The notes beneath the pieces were generated by a model. That model was not told the DNA's origin. It did no database searches and saw only the letters and a list, made by a program, of their open reading frames with translations. A DNA stretch of 64,000 nt from Octopus sinensis (Eukaryota). The stretch covers positions 36,642,001 through 36,706,000 of the forward strand of contig NC_043000.1 of NCBI RefSeq assembly GCF_006345805.1. The letters run 5' to 3'. The translations under genes were made by a program, and so were the position numbers. This document shows positions 1-11,875 of this stretch, one piece after another (within the stretch, counting starts at the first letter, position 1; every line of letters begins with the position of its first letter).

Positions 1-600
1 CAATTATATTTGGCCACCCCTGTCAACAGCCAGAAGGAATCCAAGTTTACAACTGACAAAAGAAACGGAATAAACAAAAACAAAAAGCATTTTCAGGACC
101 GCACTACAATTTGCAGAGAAAAGAATCGTTTTGTGTTCTGAGTTGGTTGATGTTCTGGGTAATAATCGTGACTTGATGAAAGAAATTGATTGCCAGGAAG
201 AGTACAAGTGTAGGTACGCACCCCAGCCAAATATCAGTCACTATGTCTGTGCTTTTTATCAATAAATAGTAACGTGGTGATGAGCAAAGAAATGTCACAG
301 TGGAAAGAGTTTATCTGCAAGATCAAAACTAATCACAAACTTCGTACCAAATATGTTGGTTATAATCTCGGATTTTGCGGTCTCAGCAGAACATTGAAAT
401 CTCGACCATTGCTGTTGAACAAAATTTTCTACTTTGGAGTTTTCTACAACTCAATGGAAGATGAACACCACCAATCACACTGGTGCTTTTTGGCAGCGAT
501 TTGTGATTAAAAAAACAAAAACTTATGTAGTAAAGTTCATACAGGAGAGACGTTCTTGGCCTAGCCTTGTAAAACGTGTCTCATTTGCTGACGCTTCAGG
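1..600 (+). mobile_element. Degenerate LINE (RTE-like) APE endonuclease fragment
   Basis: Frameshifted patches YAPQ (~215-228), VIISDF (~359-377) and TLEFS..N..TN appear in the order of RTE endonuclease motifs (SAYAPQ, IGGDFN, ILEF..L.ITNT). Many stops. Confidence 0.4.
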
Positions 601-645
601 AACAAATCGCTCCTGAATCTATCAATTGTTTTTCATCGTTTATCC

Positions 646-850
646 TTATACTTGTTTCAGTCATTAGACTGTGGTCATGCTGGAGCACCGCCTTGATGAA
701 TTTATAGTCATACATTTCGACATTAGTGCTTGTTTTACTTTGTAAGCCTGGCACGTATTTTATCGGTCTCTCTTTTTCCGAACCGCTAGATTACGGAGAC
801 GTAAACTCACCAACACCGGTTGTTCAGCGGTGACAGGGGAGAAACACAGA
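646..850 (-). mobile_element. SINE family A, 3' half
   Basis: cttgtttcagtcattagactgtggtcatgctggagcaccgcc is the reverse complement of the tail of the complete copy at 14329-14723. Confidence 0.85.
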
Positions 851-867
851 TGAAAAGACACACACAG

Positions 868-910
868 ATATATATATATATATCTGTGACTGTGTGTGTG
901 TGTGTGTGTA

Positions 911-962
<52 letters not shown>
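868..962. repeat. Compound microsatellite (TA)n/(TG)n/(TC)n
   Basis: Direct reading. Confidence 0.95.
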
Positions 963-966
<4 letters not shown>

Positions 967-1067
967 ATAGAGGGCATTATTACAATAAATGCCTCACACT
1001 AGGAGGGACAAAGTCATTACTACCCGATAATTTCTTGTTAAGATCCTTATTAAGAGATTATCCTTAA

Positions 1068-1296
1068 TTATATATATATATATATAATATATATATATAG
1101 TGTGTGTGTGTGTATGTATATATAGTGTGTGTGTGTGTATGTATATATAGTGTGTGTGTGTGTGTATGTATTATATATGTGTGTGTGGTGTATGTATATA
1201 TATGTGTGTATATATATGTGTGTGTATGTATGTATATATGTGTGTGTGGTGTGTGTATGTATATATATGTGTGTGTGTGTGTGGTGTGTATATATA

Positions 1297-1327
<31 letters not shown>

Positions 1328-1360
1328 GTGTGTGTATGTATGTATATATGTGTATGTGTG

Positions 1361-1393
<33 letters not shown>

Positions 1394-1425
1394 ATATATA
1401 TATATAATATATATATATATGTGTG

Positions 1426-1479
<54 letters not shown>

Positions 1480-1506
1480 GTGTGTGTGTATGTATATATA
1501 TATATA
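1068..1506. repeat. ~440-bp compound (TA)n/(TG)n microsatellite
   Basis: Direct reading. It generates the C/V/Y/I/M-only ORFs in the track. Confidence 0.95.
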
Positions 1507-4046
1507 CGATTGTCTTTGGGTTTCCGTCCCGAGAACTATGCAGTTAGTGAGAAAACTTCAAGCCGCACACCCACATCTGTGCCTAGAAAGTATATTCGAG
1601 AGTGGAATCATATAATTATCGTTCTCAGTATTTAACTAAGTCAATTTGAATTTTTTCTAAATTTTCTTTTTCATCATATTTTCTAATACATTGCAATCTT
1701 CAGTAAGTACTTATTCCTGTGTCCATCCAGTCATACTGTGGCAGAAGTATGCTTTGTATATACATATTTCACTACACGAGTGCGAAACTCTTTCAACACC
1801 CACACACGCACACCCACACACGCACAGAAGGTCATTTGTATGTTGGCGCGTAATAAACTCGGTGCAGATGAGTGTAATAACATTATTGTTACCCAAGGGA
1901 GAAAAACAAATTCCTTTCGATGATGAGAAATTACAGAAAATACAAGAAATAATAAAATAGGAAGAAATAGTCTCTATTCTAACCGCATACCTTCCTTCCG
2001 ACACGGGGACAAAAGTTAAGCCTCTAAGTTGGCTAGCCATGTATGAGTTTTGATGTAAGGCCACACCAAATACAATAAGATGGAAAGTCCACGCCATATG
2101 TCAATGGATAAAAAGAATGTAAGCTATGCGTAGCTGAAAGAACGCAGATCCATTTCAAATCTAAAACCTCCACCGCACTGCTGAATTCCAGATGTGAAAT
2201 TTTTAGCAGTTGTAAATATATGGATAAGTTCCTGTCAACGAATTGGAAAACACCACCCTCTCCAGATTAAGTAGCTGTACTGCAGACTCTACGCCACTAT
2301 CTATTCGGCCATATGACTTTACGGCCAAAGGGAACATAACCAAAGTTCACCACCCCCATTTCTTATTTTTCGACTCTCCACCTTTTACATCTATCCCTTC
2401 TCATCTTTCCTGTCATCCTATCGTCCTGTTTTAGCTTGTTGTGCCATATGGGCATAGCTTGAGGATTGCGTGAAATCACTAGATGTGTTAAAAAATGTAC
2501 TCTGAGATGTTTCCATCGGATGAAACTTGTAGTCGGTCATAAGAATATATATATAATACGTAATTATTTAGTGTACATAATGCACAACTTCTATATACTA
2601 TAAAAAGTCGGCAGGGGAAATTGGTTGACACATTTATATATGGGTATAATAAAGAAGCCCAAAACTGTGATAGATTTTCTTGGTTTCCAACTCTTTGGGG
2701 ATTTTAGCAATTAGTAAAACCTCGCGAAGAATATTCTGATACAATGATGGACTCTGGATTTGTAGTTTCTTAATACTATGCAAGTGCAATCATTACAACT
2801 TCCGTTCGACCATTATCATATAGTTCTTGCTATAAATGTTATGACACTTGACTCGGATCCTGTGATCGATTTAATTCATGGCTATTGTTTAAAAGAATTA
2901 TCGATTTCTACACCGATACAAGTCCTTGATATATACACCCCGAAGACATTCAGTAATAATAGCCTCCGTATCTTACTGGTATTTCATCGACATATTTGAA
3001 GTAGTTCGTAATTAAATGCTGCAAAATATTTAAGTAAAATAAGAGAACTTCGATGTAATTAACATGATTAATTGGATACCCTTGAGATAAATTAATAGAT
3101 TTGCGTATTTTAGATGTTTACATTATTTGTACAGCCTGTAAGTGATATTATATTTGTGAACTATATTCAAATTTCTTTTGTCATAACAAGCATTATAAGT
3201 TATTGATATATTGATGTATTACGTTACATAAATATAAACAAATCCACCTCTAATGCATATATCATGCAGAACCTATCAAATTCCATCAGATATGCAATTT
3301 ATTGCTTTGACATATTTGTAATCATCGCAAGATGTGTTCGATGAAAGGAATAAAAATCAAGTAAAACAAGAGAATCTAAAAAGGAAGACATCTACAATAA
3401 TTCTTCTAAAGAAAGGTATGACGTTTAACAATCAAGAAATATTGGGGAAAATATGTCCTTATCAGGTTTTTGCTTCGCTTCATTTTGGCACAAAATATTA
3501 CTTATCTTCAAGACGTCTGTATTGAATGAATAATTTAAATCATACTTGAGGTATTTCCAATTTAATTACACAACTTTACTACATTAACCCCAACACAAAA
3601 TTAATTACTATGCTTTTCTCTAATTTTTCTTATATTTCATGCAGTCTACGGCCCATGTAAGGAGAAATATTATTGAGATAATTTAATTATGGTAAATAAC
3701 TGACGTTCAAAATAACACATGAAGTATATTTTAAACGTAGATACTGAAAATATTTTCTTTCTGACTTAATTTCTACGACAGACTAATGTCATCGAATCTA
3801 AAATTATCTCGTTTATATTTTCTATCAATCGTAAATATTGATTTCCTAATTTCAAGTGTATATTATTTCGAATTTTGTCCCAATAAATGTCGGTTACGAC
3901 ATAAAATGTGGATCGACTTCACATTTTTGCTTCTAATAATTAGAATTTTCGTATTCAGTTTTGGCTTCGATCGCTTATAATTACGTTAATAGCATAAATA
4001 AGTTTACTTTATTTATCTAAACTAACAAATTGTTTTTCTTTTGTAG

Positions 4047-4340
4047 TTATCTCTTACTGTCGTTAAAGGACCCAATAATGCAACACTATCAAAATATATC
4101 AACGTTGTACGTCAATAACGAAACTTTGATATCTGCTATCGCATGTTAGAACTTCGTACACTTTCCTATGGAGAGTGAAATTATTTAGTCACGGCTCTAA
4201 TGGCTGATCCTTACCACATGACCGCAGTTTCAAAAATAATTAATTACTCATCTATAGAAACCTATTGGATATATTTCACCTTTTTTCTAGATTACATTCC
4301 TCCATTACAAACTTCGCACCCTTCTAAGCACTTCGAGGTA
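4047..4340 (+). pseudogene. TUBB: Beta-tubulin pseudogene exon (about codons 175-285) with preserved splice acceptor
   Basis: One frame from 4047 reads LSLTVVKGPNNATLS...FDICYRMLELRTLSYGE*NYLVTALMA...FFLDYIPPLQTSHPS, versus beta-tubulin VSDTVVEPYNATLS...[27 protein letters not shown]...FFMPGFAPLTSRGS. It has 2 stops. It is preceded by ACTAAC (4021), a pyrimidine tract and AG (4045-46). Confidence 0.8.
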
Positions 4341-5822
4341 GACAGTTAATATTTCAGCGAAGTAAATCCTTGCAATGAGAGATAATAGATTTTTGCGCCT
4401 TCAGTCTTCATTTTATAAAATTATTTTACTTCTGGTTAATTTAAATTTTCTAAATGTTAATTAAGATGTAATATTTTTAGATCTGTTATATTCGTTAGGA
4501 AAGTCAAGACAAAAATTGGCATTCATTATTTTGTGACAAGTATCTATAATTCATTTGATTTCAAAAAGTTGTAAATATTATATGTTAGTTCCAATTTTCG
4601 AATTCAATTATCAAAATAAACTTTGGTTATTGGTGTACTTAGACGGCAAGATGGTGGACCTGTTAGGACGTCGGACGAAACGCTTAGCAGCATTTATTCC
4701 GGTACAAATTTACCTTTCCTGTCATCGGGATCGATAAAATAAAATACCAGACACTGATGTTTTATTTCCCATAAGGGGTACATACAGAAGGGGACAATAC
4801 AAGATATGTGGGGGTGCGAAACAAAACAAAAAAATCATATGTAAACAAGATGAAATGAAAAATGAAATTAAAGATGTAATGAAGCTTCTCGGCCACAACT
4901 CCGAGTAGATTCATTTCTACCTTTTTAACACTTTTTAAACTTTGTACCGGCCAAAATATCCACTTTGTATTCCTGTAACAACTCTAAGAACGTTAAGTTA
5001 CATGGTAACTGATTAATATTTGCAGCCACCTTCCAACATTTATATATCTATTTTTGTATTTCATTATTATTGATCTTTGCTCTTCAGTTTATAATATTAG
5101 GCAACGATGCCTTCCTTCATAAAGTATCAGACACGTACTGGGATCGGTGTGATATAGATGCCCCATTCCCTAAAATAATGCTGTCATTGAACTCTACAGT
5201 TGCCCTGTTCAGGGGTAATTTCGATTACTCATATACCGGGAAATGCGTGTAACCGAACTCGCGGGACTTCGAGCGCGAGAAAAACAATGAACGTGTTTAA
5301 TCGTATATTATTAGTAGCTTGGCATATATTTTCCTACAGAGTTGAAATTTCTGGACAAAGTTTCGAATGAAATACTATAATAGAACACTTCATCCTAAAT
5401 TCCTTCATAATTATTTTAACAAGACAGATGCATCATTGGAGGGTTTTCCAGGATAAGTTCCTTTCTTTTAAATATTATTTGATGTTGGTTATTACAAACG
5501 TTGATCATTATTGCGATTTCCGTCTGGTGAAGGCTTCCAGTTTTGATCTAATTCCGATCCATGCAGATTTCTATATTTAGCCATTCGGTGTCTACAGTTT
5601 TCCTATATTATCTCAAAAAGAGACTTTTAATTTAAATAACAATTGGAAATATCCAACATAAAAATATTTTTTTTACGTGTCTAAGGCCAGGATTACCATC
5701 AGAAATACAATGCAATTGATGCTTGATATATTTTATTTTTGCACGTGTGGAACTTTGTCAACTGATGTCTTAAAGTCGATCAGATTTTAGAGTACAATTA
5801 AAATTATTGAGTCGGGTATATA

Positions 5823-6026
5823 CGAGGTGGGTGCAGGAAAAGTCTTTGGGTAAAAGAAAATAAAGGAGGATCAGTTAATTATGATTTTATTCAACAATTT
5901 TCTTCTCTCAGATTCACACACTTATTGCAGTCGTCTTTCGGTTTTTATAAGACCTCTAAAAGTTGGGTCCCCAATCAGGCCTTTTCTCGATAACGTTAAA
6001 GCCAGGAAATGTTCAGCACCTCCTCG
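5823..6026. mobile_element. Mariner-derived MITE
   Basis: TA|cgaggtgggtgcaggaaaag ... aaagccaggaaatgttcagcacctcctcg|TA gives imperfect TIRs with a TA duplication. The interior is shared with 29245-29438. Confidence 0.75.
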
Positions 6027-6030
6027 TATA

Positions 6031-6220
6031 TCCAACAGAGGCCTCAAAAGACATGTTAAGATCCACAAAGAGCGGAACTTATCTGCAGGTCTCGGTGGTC
6101 CAAATCAGAGGTGCAATCTATGTGGGTGTCTTTTCAGAACATTGTCTGGTTTAAAAATCCACATCAGAAGCCATGATGGTGCTAAAGTGTAGGTACAGGA
6201 GGTGGTCAAACTCTGTATAA
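6031..6220 (+). mobile_element. 3' end of RTE-type LINE with C2H2 zinc fingers
   Basis: SNRGLKRHVKIH...CNLCGCLFRTLSGLKIHIRSH, then a stop and a short tail. The same terminal C2H2 architecture occurs in the RTE at ~47080-47150. Confidence 0.6.
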
Positions 6221-6539
6221 TGAATATACATCCACCATGAATATATATATATTGGAAATAATTTTTTTTATTAATGAAGAGTTGAATTTTATTTTGATTA
6301 GTGATAATTTTATGACATAACCATTAAAAGCATTGTGTGGAGCCAAAATATACATAAGATATATCTCTTAGAAGGTTTGTGTCCTGGATTCTAGTTTGTG
6401 TAACTATGAAATATTACTTTTATAGAGTGGCTGTACTAAACACTGTTAGTTTGACATATGTAAGTTATTTGCGATTTCTTTTTATAGCGAGGTAATCCCT
6501 TCCTTGTAGCGCATCTGATTGCAATAACCGCGAAATCTC

Positions 6540-6690
6540 CCTCTAATCATATCCTACAGCCTGAAGTACGACGGAAACATTCGGTGATATAGACGAAGAT
6601 ATCCATTAAGAATAATGTCACGGCTAGAATACCGTTGACCCTGGATGACCTTCGACAGACAGAACTCCCAGTTCTCTTCCTCGATAAATG
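6540..6690 (+). pseudogene. Tentative beta-tubulin remnant (about codons 205-255)
   Basis: With frameshifts: LK.TTETFGDID / ISIKNNVTARIPLTLDDLRQ versus [38 protein letters not shown]. Confidence 0.45.
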
Positions 6691-7654
6691 ATTTGTTGAG
6701 TGAAACATTAAAAGTTTTCATTTCAACAAGATAACTACATTTATATTCAAACTGCTACTTTTCGTTATACTTTATTATTACGTATATTTGTTCCCTGTAA
6801 AACATTATCCTGCCATGGTAGCATGTGACTTTCCAGACTGCTAGGACAGATGCAGTAACGATGGGCACCTCTTGCAGCAGGTGTTAATAGAGATTACTAC
6901 CCACACTTTCACATGCCTTCATTGAATCACGGAATTTTTCATTGGAGGTTTTGCCTTTTTCACTTACGGCCAGACAAGGTATGCGACACGCAGCAGAGAT
7001 GTCAAGCGACACCTGTGCCTGGTGGTTTTTAAGGTTAAAAATTCTCTCACGGGGACAATCCTAGTCTACAAACAACGTTTGCATTTTCCCAAAAGGACGA
7101 ACTTTTCCCCATCGTTCGATGCAAATGATGTCACAGGTGTTACATCAGTGATTTCTTTCCTTTAGAAGAAGAGGTCTAAGAAAAGGTTAGGGGACTCTCA
7201 TTATTCAACAGCGGAGAAGCTGTTGAATGGCCGTTAATTCTACTTTGTCCATCCACTATTTAGCATGTTTTGATTTACCACACACCTTGCCAAGCAGATT
7301 CGGTTAAGTTTTCAGTTTAGTAACCGATGGTCCAACCATGCGAGAGCTTGTCCTCTGTTTTATAATTCCATTAGCACTATATATAAATGTGTATGTGTGT
7401 GTGTTTAGCGTATATACGTACGCGTATAAAGAGTCATGAAGAGGATAAGAATGCTGTAGACAGAAGGTTTAATGAATAAGTGCAGAGAGGTCAATATGAA
7501 CGAGATATGTTCATTTATATCTCCGTGTGAAGATGTACTAAAAGTAACAAATACGCAGGTTCGAGCGTCTGCATTTTTCTCATATATTTGTTTGTATATG
7601 TAATATTCTCACGAGTAGACAGAATCGTTAGCTTTCCGGAAAAAAAACACTCAG

Positions 7655-8105
7655 CGACATTTCATCCGTCTTCAGATTCTGAGTTCAGATTCTGTCGAGG
7701 TCGACATTGCCTTTTATGCTTTCGACTCATTAACCCATAAAGTGCTGGGACTTGCACTTAGACAGCATAGACTGCTGAGCACATTTTTATGAAAACAAAA
7801 AATAGTTAAAATATCTTCTTAGTATACAATGGTGGCAAGTTTTACATCACCTGAAAAGTCATTAGTCGTCTTGCATTCTGGGGAGATATCGGAGCGTTTG
7901 AGTGACATTAGACCCCTAACAAACGCCCATAGATTAAATGCATCTATCTGGACCACGATTGGCCTGTCGACCTGTGCCTGACCGCCACGATCGTGGCCCG
8001 TCGCGCTCTATGTGTTAAAATAAGTACCAGTTGATAACTGGAGTCAATGTAATCGACTAGTTCCTTCCACCAAAATTACTGGCCTTGTGCTAAAATTTGA
8101 AACCG
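7655..8105 (+). mobile_element. SINE family B split by a piggyBac-type MITE
   Basis: ttctgagttcagattctgtcgaggtcgacattgcc lies before the insert, and aataagtaccagtt...ggccttgtgctaaaatttgaaacc resumes after it. Confidence 0.7.
7734..8014. mobile_element. piggyBac-type MITE, copy 1
   Basis: TTAA (7730-33) cccataaagtgc ... gcgctctatgtg TTAA (8015-18). Colinear with 56029-56331. Confidence 0.85.
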
Positions 8106-8329
8106 ATACTTTCCTTTCACCTGGTGTTAATCCTTACTCCTGCTTCTAAATTTGCCAGAGTCCTTGTTATTTCCTCCTGTCAATATCGGCTTTGCCTTCT
8201 TCCGTCAGCCTACATTACAGCCACCCTTAAGTATTAGTCTTAACACTCGTGTCATTGGTGTAAGGTTTAATTTTTAATATGTACCGCTTAACTTGCTTTA
8301 CTAATGTCTTTTAATACCAGATATAATTT

Positions 8330-8960
8330 GCAGACAGTACTGATGGGTGCTGTCTCTCCTATTCTATTGAAAAATTAGTATCCTATGGTCACCTGATCAC
8401 AACATATTTTCCTATCTAACACCATTCTCACAGATTCTACAAAACAGTCACGTGTACTCTTCCTTCCTTTTTAATAAGACTAAATTGTATAAAAAAAATA
8501 AAGTAATTTATTTGTATTAACGAAATTTTGTCCTTAATATTTGCCGATATTTCTGAGTTCAAATCCAACCGAAATCAAATCGCTTTTTGCTCTTCGGCAG
8601 TCGATAATATCATGTAGGACTCAAGCACTGGTGTCGATATCATCGACCATTCCTTCCCTTTAGTTCCCAGCCTTGTGCCTCTTTCTACGAAATCAATTTT
8701 GATTGAGAGATGCCGTCATTACTTTCCTCAGATTCCACAGTTTTATTTCGATTGAAATATCAAAAACGTTTCATCTCTCGTGAATCAATTAACAAATCGG
8801 AAAAAAACTATAACCTTATTAACAGGAAGCCATATCGCAGACATTTGGCCATTTAATTACTGTATAAATTTAAATAACCAATATTTGAAATCTGCCAGGG
8901 ATGTGTAATGTTGACATATACAGAAGCACGGAACCAAATGTGGAGTAACGCTTAAGTATG
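8330..8960 (+). pseudogene. Tentative beta-tubulin remnant interrupted by a SINE (8545-8700)
   Basis: tcctatggtcacctgatcac (8381; SYGHLI vs TYGDLNH), gtcattactttcctcagattc (8715; VITFLRF vs VTTCLRF) and gaagcacggaaccaaatg (~8924; E...QM vs ELTQQM) occur in the correct order. Confidence 0.45.
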
Positions 8961-9096
8961 GCCTTTTCAGTTGTTGAATGGTTAGTAATGGTTTATGAGG
9001 ACTTCAATTAATTATGTTACTCTTCTATAAATATGTCGTTTATGTCTTTGAGCTTGTGGGAGAAAGCAACTAATATTCAAAATATGTTTTTTTTAC

Positions 9097-9397
9097 CATT
9101 TACTTGTTTCAGTCACTATTCTGTGGCTATGCTGGAGCAACTACTTGAAGCGTTATAACTGAACAAATCGACTCCAGGATCTATGCACTTTCTAAAAGTC
9201 TGTTATTCAATTGGTCTCTTTTGCCAACCCGCTACGTTACGGGGGCGTAAACAAACCAACTTTTCACACAAGGCTTTGGTCAGCCCAGTACTAAAATTGA
9301 ATATTCTTGTCCGAGGTGTTGCACAGTGGGATTGAACCCAAAACCACGTTGTTGCAAGGTGAACTTCTTACAAACACGCAACCGTGCCTGTGCCTAT
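9097..9397 (-). mobile_element. SINE family A lacking the central microsatellite
   Basis: Tail and tRNA-like head both match 14329-14723, and the middle is deleted. Confidence 0.8.
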
Positions 9398-10025
9398 GTA
9401 TGGACAAATAATGTGTGTCTTACTTTTGGATTACTCCTTTTGATTGGAATACACGTCTAGAAAAAGAGAGGCAGAAAGAAATGGTATGCATGTTTGTGTA
9501 TAGATCTGTATGTTGAAAGGGTTCCGTTTATGGACCGGAGGAATATAAAGTGTAATAACCTGATATTTATGTGAGAGCTGTTTACTGTAACCAGAGACCC
9601 ACGCTGAGCAGGAATTTAGGTATATTGCAGCATGTTAGACCGATGCATGTTGGCACGAATAGGGATCGAATAAAAGGCCCTGGTAGCTGGTTGATATTCT
9701 TTTATTTTTTATTTTAGATCCAAAAGAATAGAATGCAATTTGACCTCATCTGGATTTGAACTCGGAAGAAATACGGCCGTATATTTGATTGACGCTAAAG
9801 CCATTCCGTCAGTCCTGCACCATCGAGAGGAATTAATTAGTATTTCTATTGAAAATACAAATTAATATCTAATAGACCATTGGAAATTTTCACAAAAATC
9901 TTGCATGAAAATTTTGCCACGTTCTACCTAAAGAATGATTGCGACGTCCTTCATGACTAGAGAACTTCAATCCACGAAGAACATGTTTTATTCGACGGTC
10001 GACAGTTCGATTCCAATGTCTGTCA

Positions 10026-10640
10026 GGAGGGGAGATCGTTCATTTTAATACTATTGTTTTCTATGAACACCGTATCAGTTCTAATGGAATCTATTGTGGT
10101 AATAATGACTTACATTTAAATTGACTACGTCTAATATAATGAAGTACCGGAAGTATGTATCACGCGTTATTTTGTCGACTTGGAACCTGGCACAATGGAT
10201 TCTGTTTGTCCGGTGAACTCTTACGACCAAATAATTTCCTTTTTGGCCAATGCCGAATTGGTATCAACTGAACCAAATGTTACTTACACAGAATTTACCG
10301 AATTGGTTGCTACTAGCATGGAAGTAGAAGCTAAAAAGGTGTAACTGCTTTCATGGCTTTCATATGAGTATGTTTATCTTCGAGAGTATCGGGACCTACA
10401 CGGAAAATATAACGGGAAGAGCATCTTGATGGAATGGTAAAGAGGTTCTCTGTTGGCCGCTTCACGCAAAGTAAGTCATTTTTTTATATTGCCTCTCCTT
10501 GTTGCAGGCCGTTGGCTGCTTTTTGGAAATCACAGATATAAATGTAACGATTTAGTATACAGTGACTTCTGGTAACGACTAACGCGATTGTGCAATAAAT
10601 ATATTATCCTGATTAAACCTAACCCGTGTAATTTAATCCC
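10026..10640 (+). pseudogene. TUBB: Beta-tubulin pseudogene (about codons 1-225)
   Basis: EIVH (10032), EHRISSNGIYCGNNDLHL vs EHGIDPTGTYHGDSDLQL, KYVSRVI, exact VDLEPGTMDSV (10174-10206), RPNNFLFGQ (10224), YTE..ELV, REEH, then a GTAAGT...TTGCAG intron (10471-10507) after the PK-equivalent codon. Multiple stops and frameshifts. Confidence 0.92.
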
Positions 10641-11355
10641 AGTAATTACAATAGTTGTTTAATACATTTGAACAGTCTGACTAACCTATCACACTTATAT
10701 TTTAATATTGTTTTGTTTATTAAACAAATTATTTATTAAAAAAACATTAAGAATATATTTCTTATACATATGTATAAAAGTTTCTAATTTCAGTTTATAT
10801 TATGAGATTTTAATGCTGATTTATTAATTAATTAATTATTCGTAATGTTAATATAATATTTTGTGTAATATTCATTAGGAATGATCAGTTATTAATTTAG
10901 AAGGTATTTAATATTTATTGTTATTTGAGAAACGGCGTTCTGTTTACTAACCGAAAGTTAAAAATATTAAAATTTTGGTTCCAATTTTAAAGTGAATATA
11001 ATCAAAATGTGAGTTTAGTCACAAAATGCCTTAGTAAAAGCGCTGTGTAATACGATTTTTACTCTCTCTCTCTCTCTTACACACACAAATATGTATGTAA
11101 TAAAAAAGTTATTAACAAGGGATTATCAATTTGGACAAAATACTTCTTTAGCTCTCTGTCCATATAAATACTTAACAAAAGGTTTTCCGGTTGGTATAAT
11201 CGACCGATTGAGTAAAAGGAACCATTAACAAACTTATAATGCATATCAGAAGGAGTTGCATATCAACGATACACAAATTTGTTAAGCCCATTATGCTTTT
11301 TTCCATATATATTTGGATGTATAAAAGTGTCTACACACACACACACACACACATA

Positions 11356-11545
11356 TATTAGGTTGGTGCATGATTATTGTGGCTGTTTTTCAACAAATTT
11401 TATTCAACAAAAACAATAACAATATTTAACAAAAGCATCTTTAAATGACGGTCTGACCGTCTGCCAAGCAAATGGGAAGCGGTAATTGAAGTAGATGGTG
11501 AATATGCTCCGGGATAATCATTTAAAATGTTTTTATTACATGCTG
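11356..11545 (+). mobile_element. Mariner deletion derivative (left TIR plus transposase C-terminus)
   Basis: TA-ttaggttggtgca mariner-type terminus. LPSKWEAVIEVDGEYAPG* resembles the mariner C-terminal LPERWQKVIEQNGEY. Confidence 0.65.
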
Positions 11546-11875
11546 TTATTGTTGAATAGGCTCCGTCCTTGCTTAGTGCAATTCTTGCTTCTATAAAGTT
11601 TTTAATTCTGTTCCAGTTATTCTTTGTATATTTTCGCTTTTGTAACTGCTGTTGTAGTAAATTATTCCTGTTCTTCATCGTTTACTAATGTTGTTGTTTA
11701 GTCTATACTACTATTACTTCGTCTATAAACAAATGTGGATTCTGTATATAGTAGTACTTCCATTCATGTACAAACACACACATTAATGCATTCCTCTACC
11801 TCCTCCTCTAAATCTACACGTGTGTGTATATATGTTGGTGGGGATAAATCCAGTGTAGATAATACTGAGAGGTAG

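Noticed and set aside
1104-1635. ORFs of 70-147 aa rich in C/V/Y/I/M
   Set aside because: They are translations of (TG)n/(TA)n microsatellite. The same applies at 15331-15678, 28100-28754, 37789-38040 and 54164-54539.
2500-3500. Possible Penelope RT on the minus strand (FKYVDEI) and hammerhead-like ctgagatg..gaaac at ~2505
   Set aside because: There is only one short motif, and the ribozyme core lacks a base and stem III does not pair.
5090-5560. Tubulin-like words (KVSDT, TVALFRG, KF..VSNE, LRFP)
   Set aside because: They are short, out of gene order and at chance level without a scored alignment.
7338-7360. accATG CGA GAG CTT GTC (MRELV) as a tubulin start
   Set aside because: Similarity stops after five codons.
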